From an uncultured Pseudomonadales bacterium (GTDB taxonomy: Bacteria > Patescibacteriota > Microgenomatia > UBA1400 > PJMF01), in NCBI GenBank assembly GCA_964555515.1, contig CAZKSJ010000003.1:6486-62536 (forward strand): a stretch of DNA of 56,051 nt, in the 5' to 3' direction. The position numbers were made by a program, and so were the translations under genes. The notes beneath the pieces were generated by a model, which was not told where the DNA came from, did not search any database, and saw only the letters and a program-made list of their open reading frames with translations. Below are positions 17,667 to 26,930 of this stretch, one piece after another. The stretch's first letter is position 1, and each line of letters begins with the position of its first letter.

Positions 17667-18551
17667 GTGCGATTAGCTGCCATTTCTCACCACCAGCGCT
17701 TTGCTTTACTTGGTTTAGATCAAATTACCCAGATTGCCGATCAAATGCATTTGCAGATCGGCGTCGAAGATGACAACTTACTGTTGGAACTCTTTTTACA
17801 GGATTTAGCCGGGCTGTATTCGTCGGAGGCAACGGGCGTGGTATTCAGTCCAGAGTTAGGTTATGAAGCTTTGTACAGCAAGGCAGAGGTGGCGGCACCG
17901 CTTTTTTGTTTAGAACGTCAGACTACCGAACACGATCCTTTGTCTGTGCCGATCTTAGTTCCAGGCTGGGGGGTGGAAGCCATTCGCAATAATTATGGGG
18001 TGGCAAAATTACAGTTGATTTATAACCCCACGGAAACAGAAGCGGCTACCAAAAGACAGATGGTGGCTGAGCTTCATGATTACTGCCAACACGAAGGTAT
18101 TGATTTTCTGCTTGATCTGGTGATTTATGTGGAAGGTACGGAAAAAGAATACAAGCAGATTTTTCAACAGTTGCAATTGCAAGCGATTCAACAACTACGC
18201 AATTACTGTGATTTAATTGCGCTTGAGTACCCACTGGACACAATCGGAGCGGTGACGGTGACTGCCGAGCTTGATGTGCCTTGGATATTGTCTGCTCATG
18301 ACACGCAGTACGATGATTTCAAAGAACAATTGCGCACCAGCCTGGAAAGCGGCGCAACGGGTTATTTGGCGATGCAACAATTTTTACCCTCACTGGCTAC
18401 GCACCAAAAGTTTGATCGGTTAAATGTTAAGGAATTTTTGAAAACGACCGGCCGCGATAGAATAATTGAGTTGCGGCGGATTGTGGATGAAGCGGCAACG
18501 GGGGTGGATGAGTCTGGAGATCAGGCAGGGCAGAGTGCATTTGAGGAGTGA
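17667..18551 (+). CDS. Tagatose-bisphosphate aldolase (LacD)-like TIM-barrel protein, probably catalytically degenerate
   Basis: LGLDQ, AKLQLIYNP, YCQHEGIDFLLDLVIY, DLIALEYP, PWILSA, SLESGATGY follow the LacD motif order. Confidence 0.7.
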   Translation: MRLAAISHHQRFALLGLDQITQIADQMHLQIGVEDDNLLLELFLQDLAGLYSSEATGVVFSPELGYEALYSKAEVAAPLFCLERQTTEHDPLSVPILVPGWGVEAIRNNYGVAKLQLIYNPTETEAATKRQMVAELHDYCQHEGIDFLLDLVIYVEGTEKEYKQIFQQLQLQAIQQLRNYCDLIALEYPLDTIGAVTVTAELDVPWILSAHDTQYDDFKEQLRTSLESGATGYLAMQQFLPSLATHQKFDRLNVKEFLKTTGRDRIIELRRIVDEAATGVDESGDQAGQSAFEE

Positions 18552-18773
18552 GCGGAATTTTTCTGATCAAGTACTGTGTGGGATGCTTAAACCCAACGTG
18601 TGAGTGGTATTTTCTGGATTGGAATTATTAAGGGGAATAATGGGTCGAATCTTGGTAGATGCTTAGCCCGATTCTTTGCAAAGGTTGGTCGATTGAGTGG
18701 TGATTTGATTTCCCTGTGGTTTGAAAAGACTTTTCTGCTATACTGCGTTTAGTAATAAGTAACGGATGTGTAT

Positions 18774-18935
18774 ATGATAGGAAAAACTGAAACAGAATTT
18801 GGGAAAAACGATGAGGGGAAAAAGGACGAAGGAAAAAAGGGTGGTTCAGGTGACCCCGATACTCAACAGGTAACAGAAGAAGAAGCGCAAAGAATTGCTA
18901 AGGAACTTGAGGAATGGACGAAAAAACACAAATAG
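18774..18935 (+). CDS. Small charged protein (53 aa; not in ORF track)
   Basis: MIGKTETEFGKNDEGKKDEGKKGGSGDPDTQQVTEEEAQRIAKELEEWTKKHK; TGCTATACT upstream (18736-18744), terminator downstream. Confidence 0.6.
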   Translation: MIGKTETEFGKNDEGKKDEGKKGGSGDPDTQQVTEEEAQRIAKELEEWTKKHK

Positions 18936-19011
18936 GAATGGTGAGAGTAACTCGATCGTGAATAAATTGTGTTCTATCGAATAAATCGATTTATTCTTGA
19001 AAAACAAGATT

Positions 19012-19050
19012 ATCCAACCCTCTTTTCAAAAGGGGGTTGGATTTTTTATT
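19012..19050 (+). terminator. Intrinsic terminator
   Basis: ATCCAACCCTCTTT...AAGGGGGTTGGAT long stem then TTTTTATTT. Confidence 0.8.
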
Positions 19051-19134
19051 TGTCAAACTTCGGTAATTCATGACAGCATGATCCGCAGGACTACAAAGGC
19101 GCATCACTTCAGAATTTCACGAATAGGTGCCGGC

Positions 19135-19163
19135 TTGACCCGTCTAGCCAAATTTGGTATGGT
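19135..19163 (+). promoter_or_regulatory. Probable sodA promoter
   Basis: TTGACC-N17-TATGGT with TGn extension; implies a 5' UTR of about 135 nt. Confidence 0.5.
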
Positions 19164-19305
19164 GGGCGGCACGATCAGCGTTGATGAAATGGGCGAGACG
19201 GATTTTTGCGGGCAAAGCGTGTCGATTTAAGGGGCATGCCATGGGCCTGAGTTAGTTAAGAGTTTAAGCCGAGTAACAAATTGCCAATTTTCTGAAAGGG
19301 AAAAA

Positions 19306-19917
19306 ATGCACACCTTACCAAAATTACCATATGAATTTAATGCATTAGAGCCGTACATCGATGAAAAAACGATGATGATTCATCACGGCAAGCATCATCA
19401 GGCTTACATTGATAAATTAAACGCAGCTTTAGAAAAGTATCCCGATTTGGCTTCCAAATCAGTTGAAGAACTATTGCGCGGTATCGATGCTGTCCCAGAA
19501 GACATCCGCACGGCGGTGCGCAACCACGGCGGCGGCCACGCTAATCACTCACTTTTTTGGCAAGTGTTAGGAGCTCAGGCATCAGCTGAACCAAAAGGTG
19601 AGCTGGCTACGAAAATCGATGATTCCTTCGGCAGCTTTGTAGACTTTCAAACGAAATTTTCCGATGCCGCTGTTGGCCAATTTGGCTCAGGTTGGGCGTG
19701 GCTGGTGGTCACTCAAGATGGATCTTTGGATGTATATGCCACCGCCAACCAAGATTCACCATTTATGCAGGGTAATACACCCATTTTAGGTTTAGACGTC
19801 TGGGAGCACGCATATTACCTCAAGTACCAAAATAAACGACCCGACTATATTGCCGCGTTCTTTAATGTGATAAACTGGGATGAAGTTGAACGCAAGTTTG
19901 CAGACGCGACTGCCTGA
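19306..19917 (+). CDS. sodA: Superoxide dismutase, Mn-type signature
   Basis: [33 protein letters not shown]. Confidence 0.95.
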   Translation: MHTLPKLPYEFNALEPYIDEKTMMIHHGKHHQAYIDKLNAALEKYPDLASKSVEELLRGIDAVPEDIRTAVRNHGGGHANHSLFWQVLGAQASAEPKGELATKIDDSFGSFVDFQTKFSDAAVGQFGSGWAWLVVTQDGSLDVYATANQDSPFMQGNTPILGLDVWEHAYYLKYQNKRPDYIAAFFNVINWDEVERKFADATA

Positions 19918-20028
19918 TAACTTACCGGAATTGATCAAATTTGTGACGACTGTTTTTCTGATCAGACGAACGGCATGTTTGATGTCTGCGACTAATCAAT
20001 TGAAATCAACATCTTAGAAAGCCAGAGA

Positions 20029-20613
20029 ATGTTGCAAGTTATTTTAGACGTGGAAACCAAAAAAACATTTGAAGAAGTTGGGGGTTACTTTCCGGACAGG
20101 TTGGGCGTTTCTTTTGTGGGAGTCTGTGTGCGGGAAGGGCAATCTGGACCAGGCGAAATGAAAAGTTTTTTTGAGGATGATTTGCCTAATCTTTTCCCAT
20201 TGCTAGAAAAAGCGGATGTGGTGATAGGCTTTAATATTGATGGCTTTGACATGCAAACACTATTGCCTCATTACACCGGCGAGATCACCTCAATTCCCAC
20301 CTTAGACTTGATGATGCGCATCAAGAACAGCGCTGGACATAGAATTGGCTTAGATGCGGTGGCGCAAGAAACACTGGGTATTGGCAAGTCTGGCAATGGG
20401 CTTGATGCAATTAAGTATTATCAAACTCAAAACTGGGAGTCTCTGGAGAAGTATTGTTTGCAGGACGTCAGTGTCACTCGGGATTTATATGATCATGGCT
20501 TGCGCAACGGCATGGTTAAGTTTCGCAATAAGTGGAACCGGTTAATTGAGTGCCCAGTGGATTTTTCTTTTACTCCGCAGAAAAATGCTGGTGTGCAAAT
20601 GAGCTTGCTGTAA
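20029..20613 (+). CDS. RNase H-like / DEDD 3'-5' exonuclease domain protein (YprB-like)
   Basis: LDVET, GFNIDGFD, YCLQDV acidic motifs. Confidence 0.8.
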   Translation: MLQVILDVETKKTFEEVGGYFPDRLGVSFVGVCVREGQSGPGEMKSFFEDDLPNLFPLLEKADVVIGFNIDGFDMQTLLPHYTGEITSIPTLDLMMRIKNSAGHRIGLDAVAQETLGIGKSGNGLDAIKYYQTQNWESLEKYCLQDVSVTRDLYDHGLRNGMVKFRNKWNRLIECPVDFSFTPQKNAGVQMSLL

Positions 20614-20682
20614 ATGCTTACGATTGGGAAACAGATCGGGAAATATAGCAGTGGTAGGAGTGATCCGTCGGTTTGATTGGTA

Positions 20683-21099
20683 TCAGTTGTGGACTCTGAA
20701 GGTAAAACAATCATTGCCCGCGGCGTGCGGGGCATTGATGATTTCCCAGGCATCACTGTAACTTGTTTTTTTGTTGCCAGGCACTTCCGCTACGAAATCT
20801 GCGCAAATTTCAAACGAGTTGTAGGATAGGATGTTATAGGTAAGTTGATCAAGTGTAAATTCATCTTGAACCATCCCCGTTTTGCCTGATTTTGTGTCTT
20901 CTAGTGATTCCGGCAGTTGCTCCTTCTGGAAGTAATAGTCAAAGACTTGATAGGACACGTCTCTTATGTAGTTTAGTTTGCGTTGATCAACTTGACGCTG
21001 GCGCTGTGCCGCGGGCCCGCCGGTGATGGAAAAAGCATAACCCACCGAAATGATGATCAATAAACTAATGAGGGTTAAGCCAATTTTGGTTTGTTTCAT
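20683..21099 (-). CDS. Membrane-anchored pilin-like hypothetical protein
   Basis: N-terminal TM, GGPAAQRQRQVDQRK, YY...LPESL, FEICADF...CF Cys pair. Confidence 0.65.
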   Translation of the reverse strand: MKQTKIGLTLISLLIIISVGYAFSITGGPAAQRQRQVDQRKLNYIRDVSYQVFDYYFQKEQLPESLEDTKSGKTGMVQDEFTLDQLTYNILSYNSFEICADFVAEVPGNKKTSYSDAWEIINAPHAAGNDCFTFRVHN

Positions 21100-21105
21100 G
21101 TAATT

Positions 21106-21813
21106 TTATGTTTGTTGCAATGCCCGATCTTGTCTGACTTGGCCCAGGTAATACCAAAAAATCGTGCCGCTGATACTTAATATAATCGCTGTTAAGGCAA
21201 TAAATTGAGTAGTGATGGAGCCAGACAAAAAGGCGTTGATGACGGTGATTAAATTGATGGTCATAACAATGAAAGTGACCACCAACGTTAGGTAAATCAA
21301 AATTTTCCTGGAAATAATATCTCTCACTCCAGTTAAAGAAATTTCTTTTTTCTTGATGTCGTAAAAGAAAAAGCTAAACAACGGCCAAGAAACAACTAGC
21401 GCAGCCATACTATTAAGCATCATCGATAAGCTTTCGTTATATGAAGAGTTGTATTGTTCTAACTGCAAGTCAGGGAACCACCGCCGTACAAAAACGCTCC
21501 ACAGTAAGCCTAAAGAAATTGCCATCACATACAGACTAATGAACAACAAAATATACTCAAACGCGATCCAGAGGCTAAATGAGCCCTGGCGAGGTTTTTT
21601 GGTGGTTAGAGCAGACTGGTCAGTTCCCTCGGTGGAAAGAGAGGCAAATTTTGGAGCTGGTGCAACCGGTGGTGGGGGCAATTTGTATACTTCAATTATA
21701 GCTTGCCAAATATCTGCTTTAGACCAACCAACGGCTTGACAGATCTCTTGAATTTCTAACTTGGTGAGTTTGAGGTGATGAAGCTTTTGAACGTAATTAA
21801 CTAACATTCCCAT
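21106..21813 (-). CDS. DUF5671-like multi-pass membrane protein with N-terminal GW domain
   Basis: YILLFISLY...AALVVSWPLF...RKILIYLTLVV...LI.VI..FL.G; TATACT 6 nt before ATG. Confidence 0.75.
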   Translation of the reverse strand: MGMLVNYVQKLHHLKLTKLEIQEICQAVGWSKADIWQAIIEVYKLPPPPVAPAPKFASLSTEGTDQSALTTKKPRQGSFSLWIAFEYILLFISLYVMAISLGLLWSVFVRRWFPDLQLEQYNSSYNESLSMMLNSMAALVVSWPLFSFFFYDIKKKEISLTGVRDIISRKILIYLTLVVTFIVMTINLITVINAFLSGSITTQFIALTAIILSISGTIFWYYLGQVRQDRALQQT

Positions 21814-21943
21814 GCTGTAAGTATACTCCTGTCTACTCTAAATTTCATCCATAAAAGGGTTAATTAATTTATAGTTAAGTCTAAAATTGATCTATTAAGC
21901 ACTATTGACTCTTGATCTCAAATAGTCTGTAATAAACTCAATT

Positions 21944-22963
21944 ATGAATTTGGCAAAATATACCAAGGCATTTGTCGTTCTGTGGTTGGTGACTGTGTTT
22001 TTTGGATTGTCAGCATCCCCTTCATATGCCGCTCAATTGGCTGAGGCATTTTTGAGATTAGATAGAATGACTGCCAGCACTGCGACTGGTGGCACGGTAT
22101 GTTTGAAGATGACGACAACCGGTAGCGCTGATGCAAAAGTTAAGGTAACATTCCCAACCGGTTTTACTGTGGGTGGTACCGCTGGTAACTGGACAGTGTC
22201 CACCTCCAACTTACCTCTGGGTGCCTCTCCGATGCCGGGTATTAATACTGCATCCGCCGTTGCTTCTCAGACCGTCACCTTCCCAATTACCGATATCTCA
22301 GATACCAGCTTATATTGTTTTAACTTTAATAACAACACAACATTGACTACCGGCACTGCAGGAACAGATAAGACTGGCACGATACAAGTTACCACTTCTG
22401 CGGATGCAGAAATCGATGTCGCGGGTTATGCCACAGCCGTTGTCGGTTCAGGAGAAGACCAAGTGTCAATTACTGCCACCGTTCCTTCCACGTTCAGTTT
22501 TGCGCTTGGTACCAATACTCAGGCTTTAGGTACATTGAGCACTGGTTCTATCACATCTGGTACCGGAGTATCTGTGACGATTGTTACTAACGCTTCCAAT
22601 GGTTGGGTGGGTTGGGTCAAGAGTGCTAATGCCGCCCTCAATTCCACTGTCACTGGTGATAGTATTGCTACCACGGGCACAGTTGATGATACTCCATCGC
22701 AGTTAAGTGCGGGCACAGAAGGCTATGTGTTGGATGCCAATGTTACTTCTGGCTCGCCTACAATTGATGCTGAATACAATGGCACAGGTGATTCAGATTA
22801 CGGCGGTGCGCTCAGTACCACGTTTACAGAATTTGCTACTGCATCAGCTCCAACTGCTAGTGATGTGGTGACGCTCAAACCTCGCGTGGCTATCTCTGGT
22901 CTGACTCAGGCTGCCACAGATTACACTGATACCTTAACAGTTGTTGCAGCTGGGCATTTTTAG
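21944..22963 (+). CDS. Secreted Thr/Gly-rich two-domain surface protein (WxL/pilin-subunit-like)
   Basis: Signal peptide; VSITATVPSTFSF...TNASNGW...DYTDTLTVVAAGHF. Confidence 0.75.
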   Translation: MNLAKYTKAFVVLWLVTVFFGLSASPSYAAQLAEAFLRLDRMTASTATGGTVCLKMTTTGSADAKVKVTFPTGFTVGGTAGNWTVSTSNLPLGASPMPGINTASAVASQTVTFPITDISDTSLYCFNFNNNTTLTTGTAGTDKTGTIQVTTSADAEIDVAGYATAVVGSGEDQVSITATVPSTFSFALGTNTQALGTLSTGSITSGTGVSVTIVTNASNGWVGWVKSANAALNSTVTGDSIATTGTVDDTPSQLSAGTEGYVLDANVTSGSPTIDAEYNGTGDSDYGGALSTTFTEFATASAPTASDVVTLKPRVAISGLTQAATDYTDTLTVVAAGHF

Positions 22964-23026
22964 GTTAGTCATCGCCAGGCATGATTTCCTCTAGAAAAAA
23001 TTAATACTGTGTGCGATAGTTGTGTC

Positions 23027-24145
23027 ATGCGCTGGTTGGTCACTCTTTTTTTTCTATTTGGGTTTTGGTTGACACTTGATGGTGTGATGGCGCAGGTAGA
23101 GCAATCAGAGTCTACTACCACAGAATCGGCTCAAGGACAATTGAATGCGCAGCAGTTTGATCAAGCTACTCCCCAACCCACTCCCACGCCTGTTCCCCCA
23201 GCCGTGCAGCCAGTTAACCTGACACTCTCACCAATTAGCCTTAACTTAGTCACCGATCCTGGTACTACCACCAGTGGTTCGATTAAGATCAGAAACAATG
23301 GTACAGATCCTGAATACTTACAGCTAAGACTTGCTACTTTTGTGGCTAATGTTGCTGGCGATGCCCCAATTATTCAAGATTTTGCTGAAACAGATGAAGC
23401 TCAGGATTGGTTTCAATTTGCTGAAGATAACTTTAGAGTTGGGCCAGGAGAATGGAAGACTATTCCCATCACTTTTTCTCCTCCCCAGTCAGCCGCCCTT
23501 GGTTATTATTATGCGATTTTAGTGGAAAGACAAAGAGAAGTAGAAATAGAAGAAGGTCAATCGCTAATCTCAGGAGTGCCAGCTATTTTAGTCTTAACAG
23601 AGGTCAACTCACCTCTCGCTAAACGTCAACTAGAACTTGTGTCATTTACTGTCAGCAAACGGTTATATGAATACTTGCCAATTGAGTTTGCAGTGACGAT
23701 TAAAAATACTGGCAATGTCCAAGCAATGCCACTTGGAGACATCTTCATTGATGGTCAGCGCACCAAAGATTTAGCAGCGATGCCACTAAATCCTACTAAA
23801 GGACTGATCTTACCTGGCTCACAGCGTACTTTTTTAGTGCAGTGGGATGATGGTTTTCCAAAGTACGTGACAACAACAGACGAAGCAGGTAATGAAACAA
23901 TAAAGCTAGATTGGGATTTTTCTAAAGTAGATCGATTCAAGATTGGCAAGTTTAATGCCACCTCGCTCTTTATTTATGATGACGGCAGCAAAGACATTCC
24001 CACTCAAGCCACAGTCTCATTCTGGGTAGTGCCGTGGAAGTTGATGATCATAGCAGGCTTATTGATCGCCCTAGTGATGGTTGGCATCATCTTACCCACT
24101 TATTTGCTCATTCGGCATTTGAAAAAGAAAAAGCTGAAGCGTTAA
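23027..24145 (+). CDS. DUF916/WxL-interacting-like protein with C-terminal TM
   Basis: LTLSPISLNL..DPG...IKIRNNG, P..AALGYYYAI, IKNTGNV..PLG, G.ILPGSQR.F, TM plus Lys tail. Confidence 0.75.
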   Translation: MRWLVTLFFLFGFWLTLDGVMAQVEQSESTTTESAQGQLNAQQFDQATPQPTPTPVPPAVQPVNLTLSPISLNLVTDPGTTTSGSIKIRNNGTDPEYLQLRLATFVANVAGDAPIIQDFAETDEAQDWFQFAEDNFRVGPGEWKTIPITFSPPQSAALGYYYAILVERQREVEIEEGQSLISGVPAILVLTEVNSPLAKRQLELVSFTVSKRLYEYLPIEFAVTIKNTGNVQAMPLGDIFIDGQRTKDLAAMPLNPTKGLILPGSQRTFLVQWDDGFPKYVTTTDEAGNETIKLDWDFSKVDRFKIGKFNATSLFIYDDGSKDIPTQATVSFWVVPWKLMIIAGLLIALVMVGIILPTYLLIRHLKKKKLKR

Positions 24146-24170
24146 TTTGATCATCAAAATCATTAGAGTT

Positions 24171-25124
24171 ATGAGATATTTAGTTGCTGGTTTTTATCTT
24201 TGCTTACTGGCGTTTTCTGTGACCGTAGTTAGAGCCAATGAGTCATTGGAGATTGCTCCAGCATACCAGGAGATAGTCTTGGCAGATGATGTTCCTAAAG
24301 TCATTGCTGAATTTGCAGTCACAAACAAAACTAGTCAACCCGTGACTTTGGAACTGTTACCTACCTCAATTGATCAGGAAAACCTGTCTGGAAAAATTTC
24401 ATATGAGTTATTTTCTGGCGCGGCTAATCAAACTTTGCCATACTTAACTTTTTCAGTTGATAGGTTTGTGTTGGAGCCGCAAGCAACCAGAGAAATTACC
24501 GCGACGATCATCAATCACAGCAGACTAAATCCGGGTGGCACTTATTTGGCAGTCGTGGTCAGAAATGTGACGGAACGGGTGATTGGCAAGCAGTTAATCC
24601 AGCCTGCGTTAGCTACATTATTGCTAATTTCCAAACTTGGTGGTGAACAGTACAACTTGTCTTTAACCGATGTGATGGGTTTGCCCAAGTTAGTAGCATT
24701 TCAGTTGCCAGAGTCAATCCAATTGAGCTTCAGAAATAATGGCAACATTCACGTTCAACCAAGGGGATCAGTGGCAATGAAGGGTTTGCTCGATAATTTA
24801 GTTGCCCAAGGCACCATCAACCAAGCTTCACTCTATATTTTGCCAGGAAGAGAACGGATTTTGTCGCAACCTATCCAAACAGAAACTAATATTTTTCCAG
24901 TTGATCTAGTGACGGTTAATATTACTGGTTCAGCTGGTGAAGAACGGACGCCATTTATTTATCAAACATCTTTTTTATACCTTAATCCACTTTTTATAGG
25001 GGTGTTATTGGCAACTGCCTTGGCAATCTCTACACTGTTAATTTTGATGAAAAAACGTCAGCGGCAGAGAGCAGGTGCTATCCCAGAGAAAAAAGCGGGC
25101 AATCTGCCAGAAAAGCATCCATGA
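24171..25124 (+). CDS. Second DUF916-like protein with C-terminal TM
   Basis: LEIAPAYQEI, PGGTY, FRNNGNIHVQPRG, ILPGRER; same architecture as upstream gene. Confidence 0.72.
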   Translation: MRYLVAGFYLCLLAFSVTVVRANESLEIAPAYQEIVLADDVPKVIAEFAVTNKTSQPVTLELLPTSIDQENLSGKISYELFSGAANQTLPYLTFSVDRFVLEPQATREITATIINHSRLNPGGTYLAVVVRNVTERVIGKQLIQPALATLLLISKLGGEQYNLSLTDVMGLPKLVAFQLPESIQLSFRNNGNIHVQPRGSVAMKGLLDNLVAQGTINQASLYILPGRERILSQPIQTETNIFPVDLVTVNITGSAGEERTPFIYQTSFLYLNPLFIGVLLATALAISTLLILMKKRQRQRAGAIPEKKAGNLPEKHP

Positions 25125-25741
25125 AGAAGTATTTAGTCATTGCCAGTCTTGTATTATTTTTGATTGTGGTGATGGGAGTAGTCTTATACTGGTGGATTTA
25201 TCAGCCGGTAATAAACCTTGGCGATGATGAACTTTCTGACCAATCGTTAGATCGGTTTGAGCAGATGAAGTCATCCGGCGAATATGGTGGTCGACTGCAA
25301 ACTTTAGAAAATCCCGCAGGTGAAGTATTTAGGACTGACTGTTTTTCATTCTCGATGCCGTTATCCTTCAGTTCTGTGAGACAGGAGGAAGGCACGGGAA
25401 CATGTTTGTTACGCGCCAGTCTTTATGACCCGGATGGCGTGTTGATCGTGCACGCAGACCATTTGCCAGAATTAGTGAGCTTAGACGAACACTCAGGCAT
25501 TATTCTGAGAGAACAATCTGAAGATTATCAGCCCGTTGATTTTGTTTCTACCTTAGGTGAAGTTCGCGCCTATCAAGCAAACTCAGAATTAACGATTTTT
25601 ATTTTTCAGCCACCGGTGTTGACCGTTGTCGCTTTTTCCGATCTTCACAGGGTTGATGCAGAAATTAAATCAGCAGCTCAGCAATTGCTTGATTCACTGC
25701 AAACAGAGCCTGTTGAGCAGTGGCGTAATCAGTTAAGATAG
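25121..25741 (+). CDS. Membrane-anchored hypothetical protein (PsbP-like fold possible)
   Basis: N-terminal TM; FSFSMP; ATGA overlap with upstream gene. Confidence 0.6.
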   Translation: MKKYLVIASLVLFLIVVMGVVLYWWIYQPVINLGDDELSDQSLDRFEQMKSSGEYGGRLQTLENPAGEVFRTDCFSFSMPLSFSSVRQEEGTGTCLLRASLYDPDGVLIVHADHLPELVSLDEHSGIILREQSEDYQPVDFVSTLGEVRAYQANSELTIFIFQPPVLTVVAFSDLHRVDAEIKSAAQQLLDSLQTEPVEQWRNQLR

Positions 25742-25745
25742 AGAT

Positions 25746-26810
25746 ATGCATATCGTGCCCAAGCTCCGGCGGACAATGTTGTTACTAATGCTGTTGGCGG
25801 TGCCGGCGAGCAATACTTACAAACTTGACTCGTATACTTTTGGTAGTGGTGGTACAGAAGAATCTGCCTCCACCCTGTACAAAATGGAAGGAATTGCTGG
25901 CGAGCAAGCGGGTGCTGAGATGGGAGTGGGGACGTTGCTGAGTTGGTCTGGATTAATGCCAGTGCAGATGATTAGCACGCCGCCGGCGCCAACTTTCACC
26001 AATGTTAGTAATGACTATGACAAGCTGCAGTTTATTCTTGCTACAGCGAGCAACCCCACAGATACCCAGTATGCGATTGCGATTAGCGATGATAATTGGG
26101 TGACGACAGAGTATGTACAAAGTGATAACACAATTGGCGCTGTCTTGGGTGCAGAAGATTGGCAGACTTATGCAGCTTGGGGAGGAGCGAGCGGTGAGTA
26201 TGCGATTGGTTTAACCAGTAATACCCAGTACAAGATTAAGGTCAAAGCGAGACAGGGTGATTATACCGAAGGGCCGTGGGGGCCAGAAGCAACGGCTAGC
26301 ACCACCAACTTAACTTTGTCGTTTGATTTGGATGTGGCCGCCACCGATACCGAAACAGCTGGACCATACATTTTGGATATTGGTTCACTCTCGGTAGGTT
26401 CTGTGACAACAGCTACAGATAAAATTTGGGTGGATATAGCAACAAATGCCAACTATGGGGCATATGTTTATGTGGCGGGTGCTAACCAGGGTTTGGAAAG
26501 CTCTGTGGCCAGTCATACAATTGGCGCCTACTCTGGTGATTTGACAGGGCAACAAGAGGGTTTTGGTCTTCGAGCCGATGCTTTATCTGAAACCTCTGGA
26601 GGGCCATTAATTGCCGTAAGTCCTTACAATGGTACCAGCGACGTGGTGGGAGGACCTGCGGCCGCTTTGAGTGAAATCTTAACTAGCTCTAATGCTGAAA
26701 TAGCAGCGGGGAGGGCTTCGCTGTTAGTCAAAAGCAAGATCTCCAGCTTGACTCCTGCCTCCACCGATTATTCAGAAACCATCACGCTGGTGGCTGCTGC
26801 CGTTTTTTAG
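25746..26810 (+). CDS. Secreted surface protein, FN3-like plus WxL/pilin-like C-terminal domain
   Basis: GLTSNTQYKIKVKAR (FN3); LSFDL...TNANYG...TPASTDYSETITLVAAAVF parallels C-terminus of 21944..22963. Confidence 0.72.
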   Translation: MHIVPKLRRTMLLLMLLAVPASNTYKLDSYTFGSGGTEESASTLYKMEGIAGEQAGAEMGVGTLLSWSGLMPVQMISTPPAPTFTNVSNDYDKLQFILATASNPTDTQYAIAISDDNWVTTEYVQSDNTIGAVLGAEDWQTYAAWGGASGEYAIGLTSNTQYKIKVKARQGDYTEGPWGPEATASTTNLTLSFDLDVAATDTETAGPYILDIGSLSVGSVTTATDKIWVDIATNANYGAYVYVAGANQGLESSVASHTIGAYSGDLTGQQEGFGLRADALSETSGGPLIAVSPYNGTSDVVGGPAAALSEILTSSNAEIAAGRASLLVKSKISSLTPASTDYSETITLVAAAVF

Positions 26811-26930
26811 CACAGTTCAACAACCAACATTTCCTCTGCAGAGAGTTGTTAAGGAGGGTCGTATTTGACCGCTTCTGTTATTCAAGTTTATGTTTCGAAC
26901 CTCTTCTGAAAGTGATAGACTGAATCTGCA

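Noticed and set aside
18580-18710. Short imperfect direct repeats (GATGCTTA..CCC, TGAGTGGT)
   Set aside because: Only two degenerate copies with unequal spacing; no structure or function supportable
18774-18935. Pup/UBact-like modifier
   Set aside because: Charged and small, but lacks the C-terminal GGE/GGQ, and there are no proteasome or ligase genes nearby
18997-19230. 77-aa ORF from the track
   Set aside because: TTG start, runs through a strong terminator and the probable sodA promoter
19165-19305. yybP-ykoY manganese riboswitch in the sodA leader
   Set aside because: GGCGAGAC is present but the required upstream GGGGAGUA and CGUC elements are not seen
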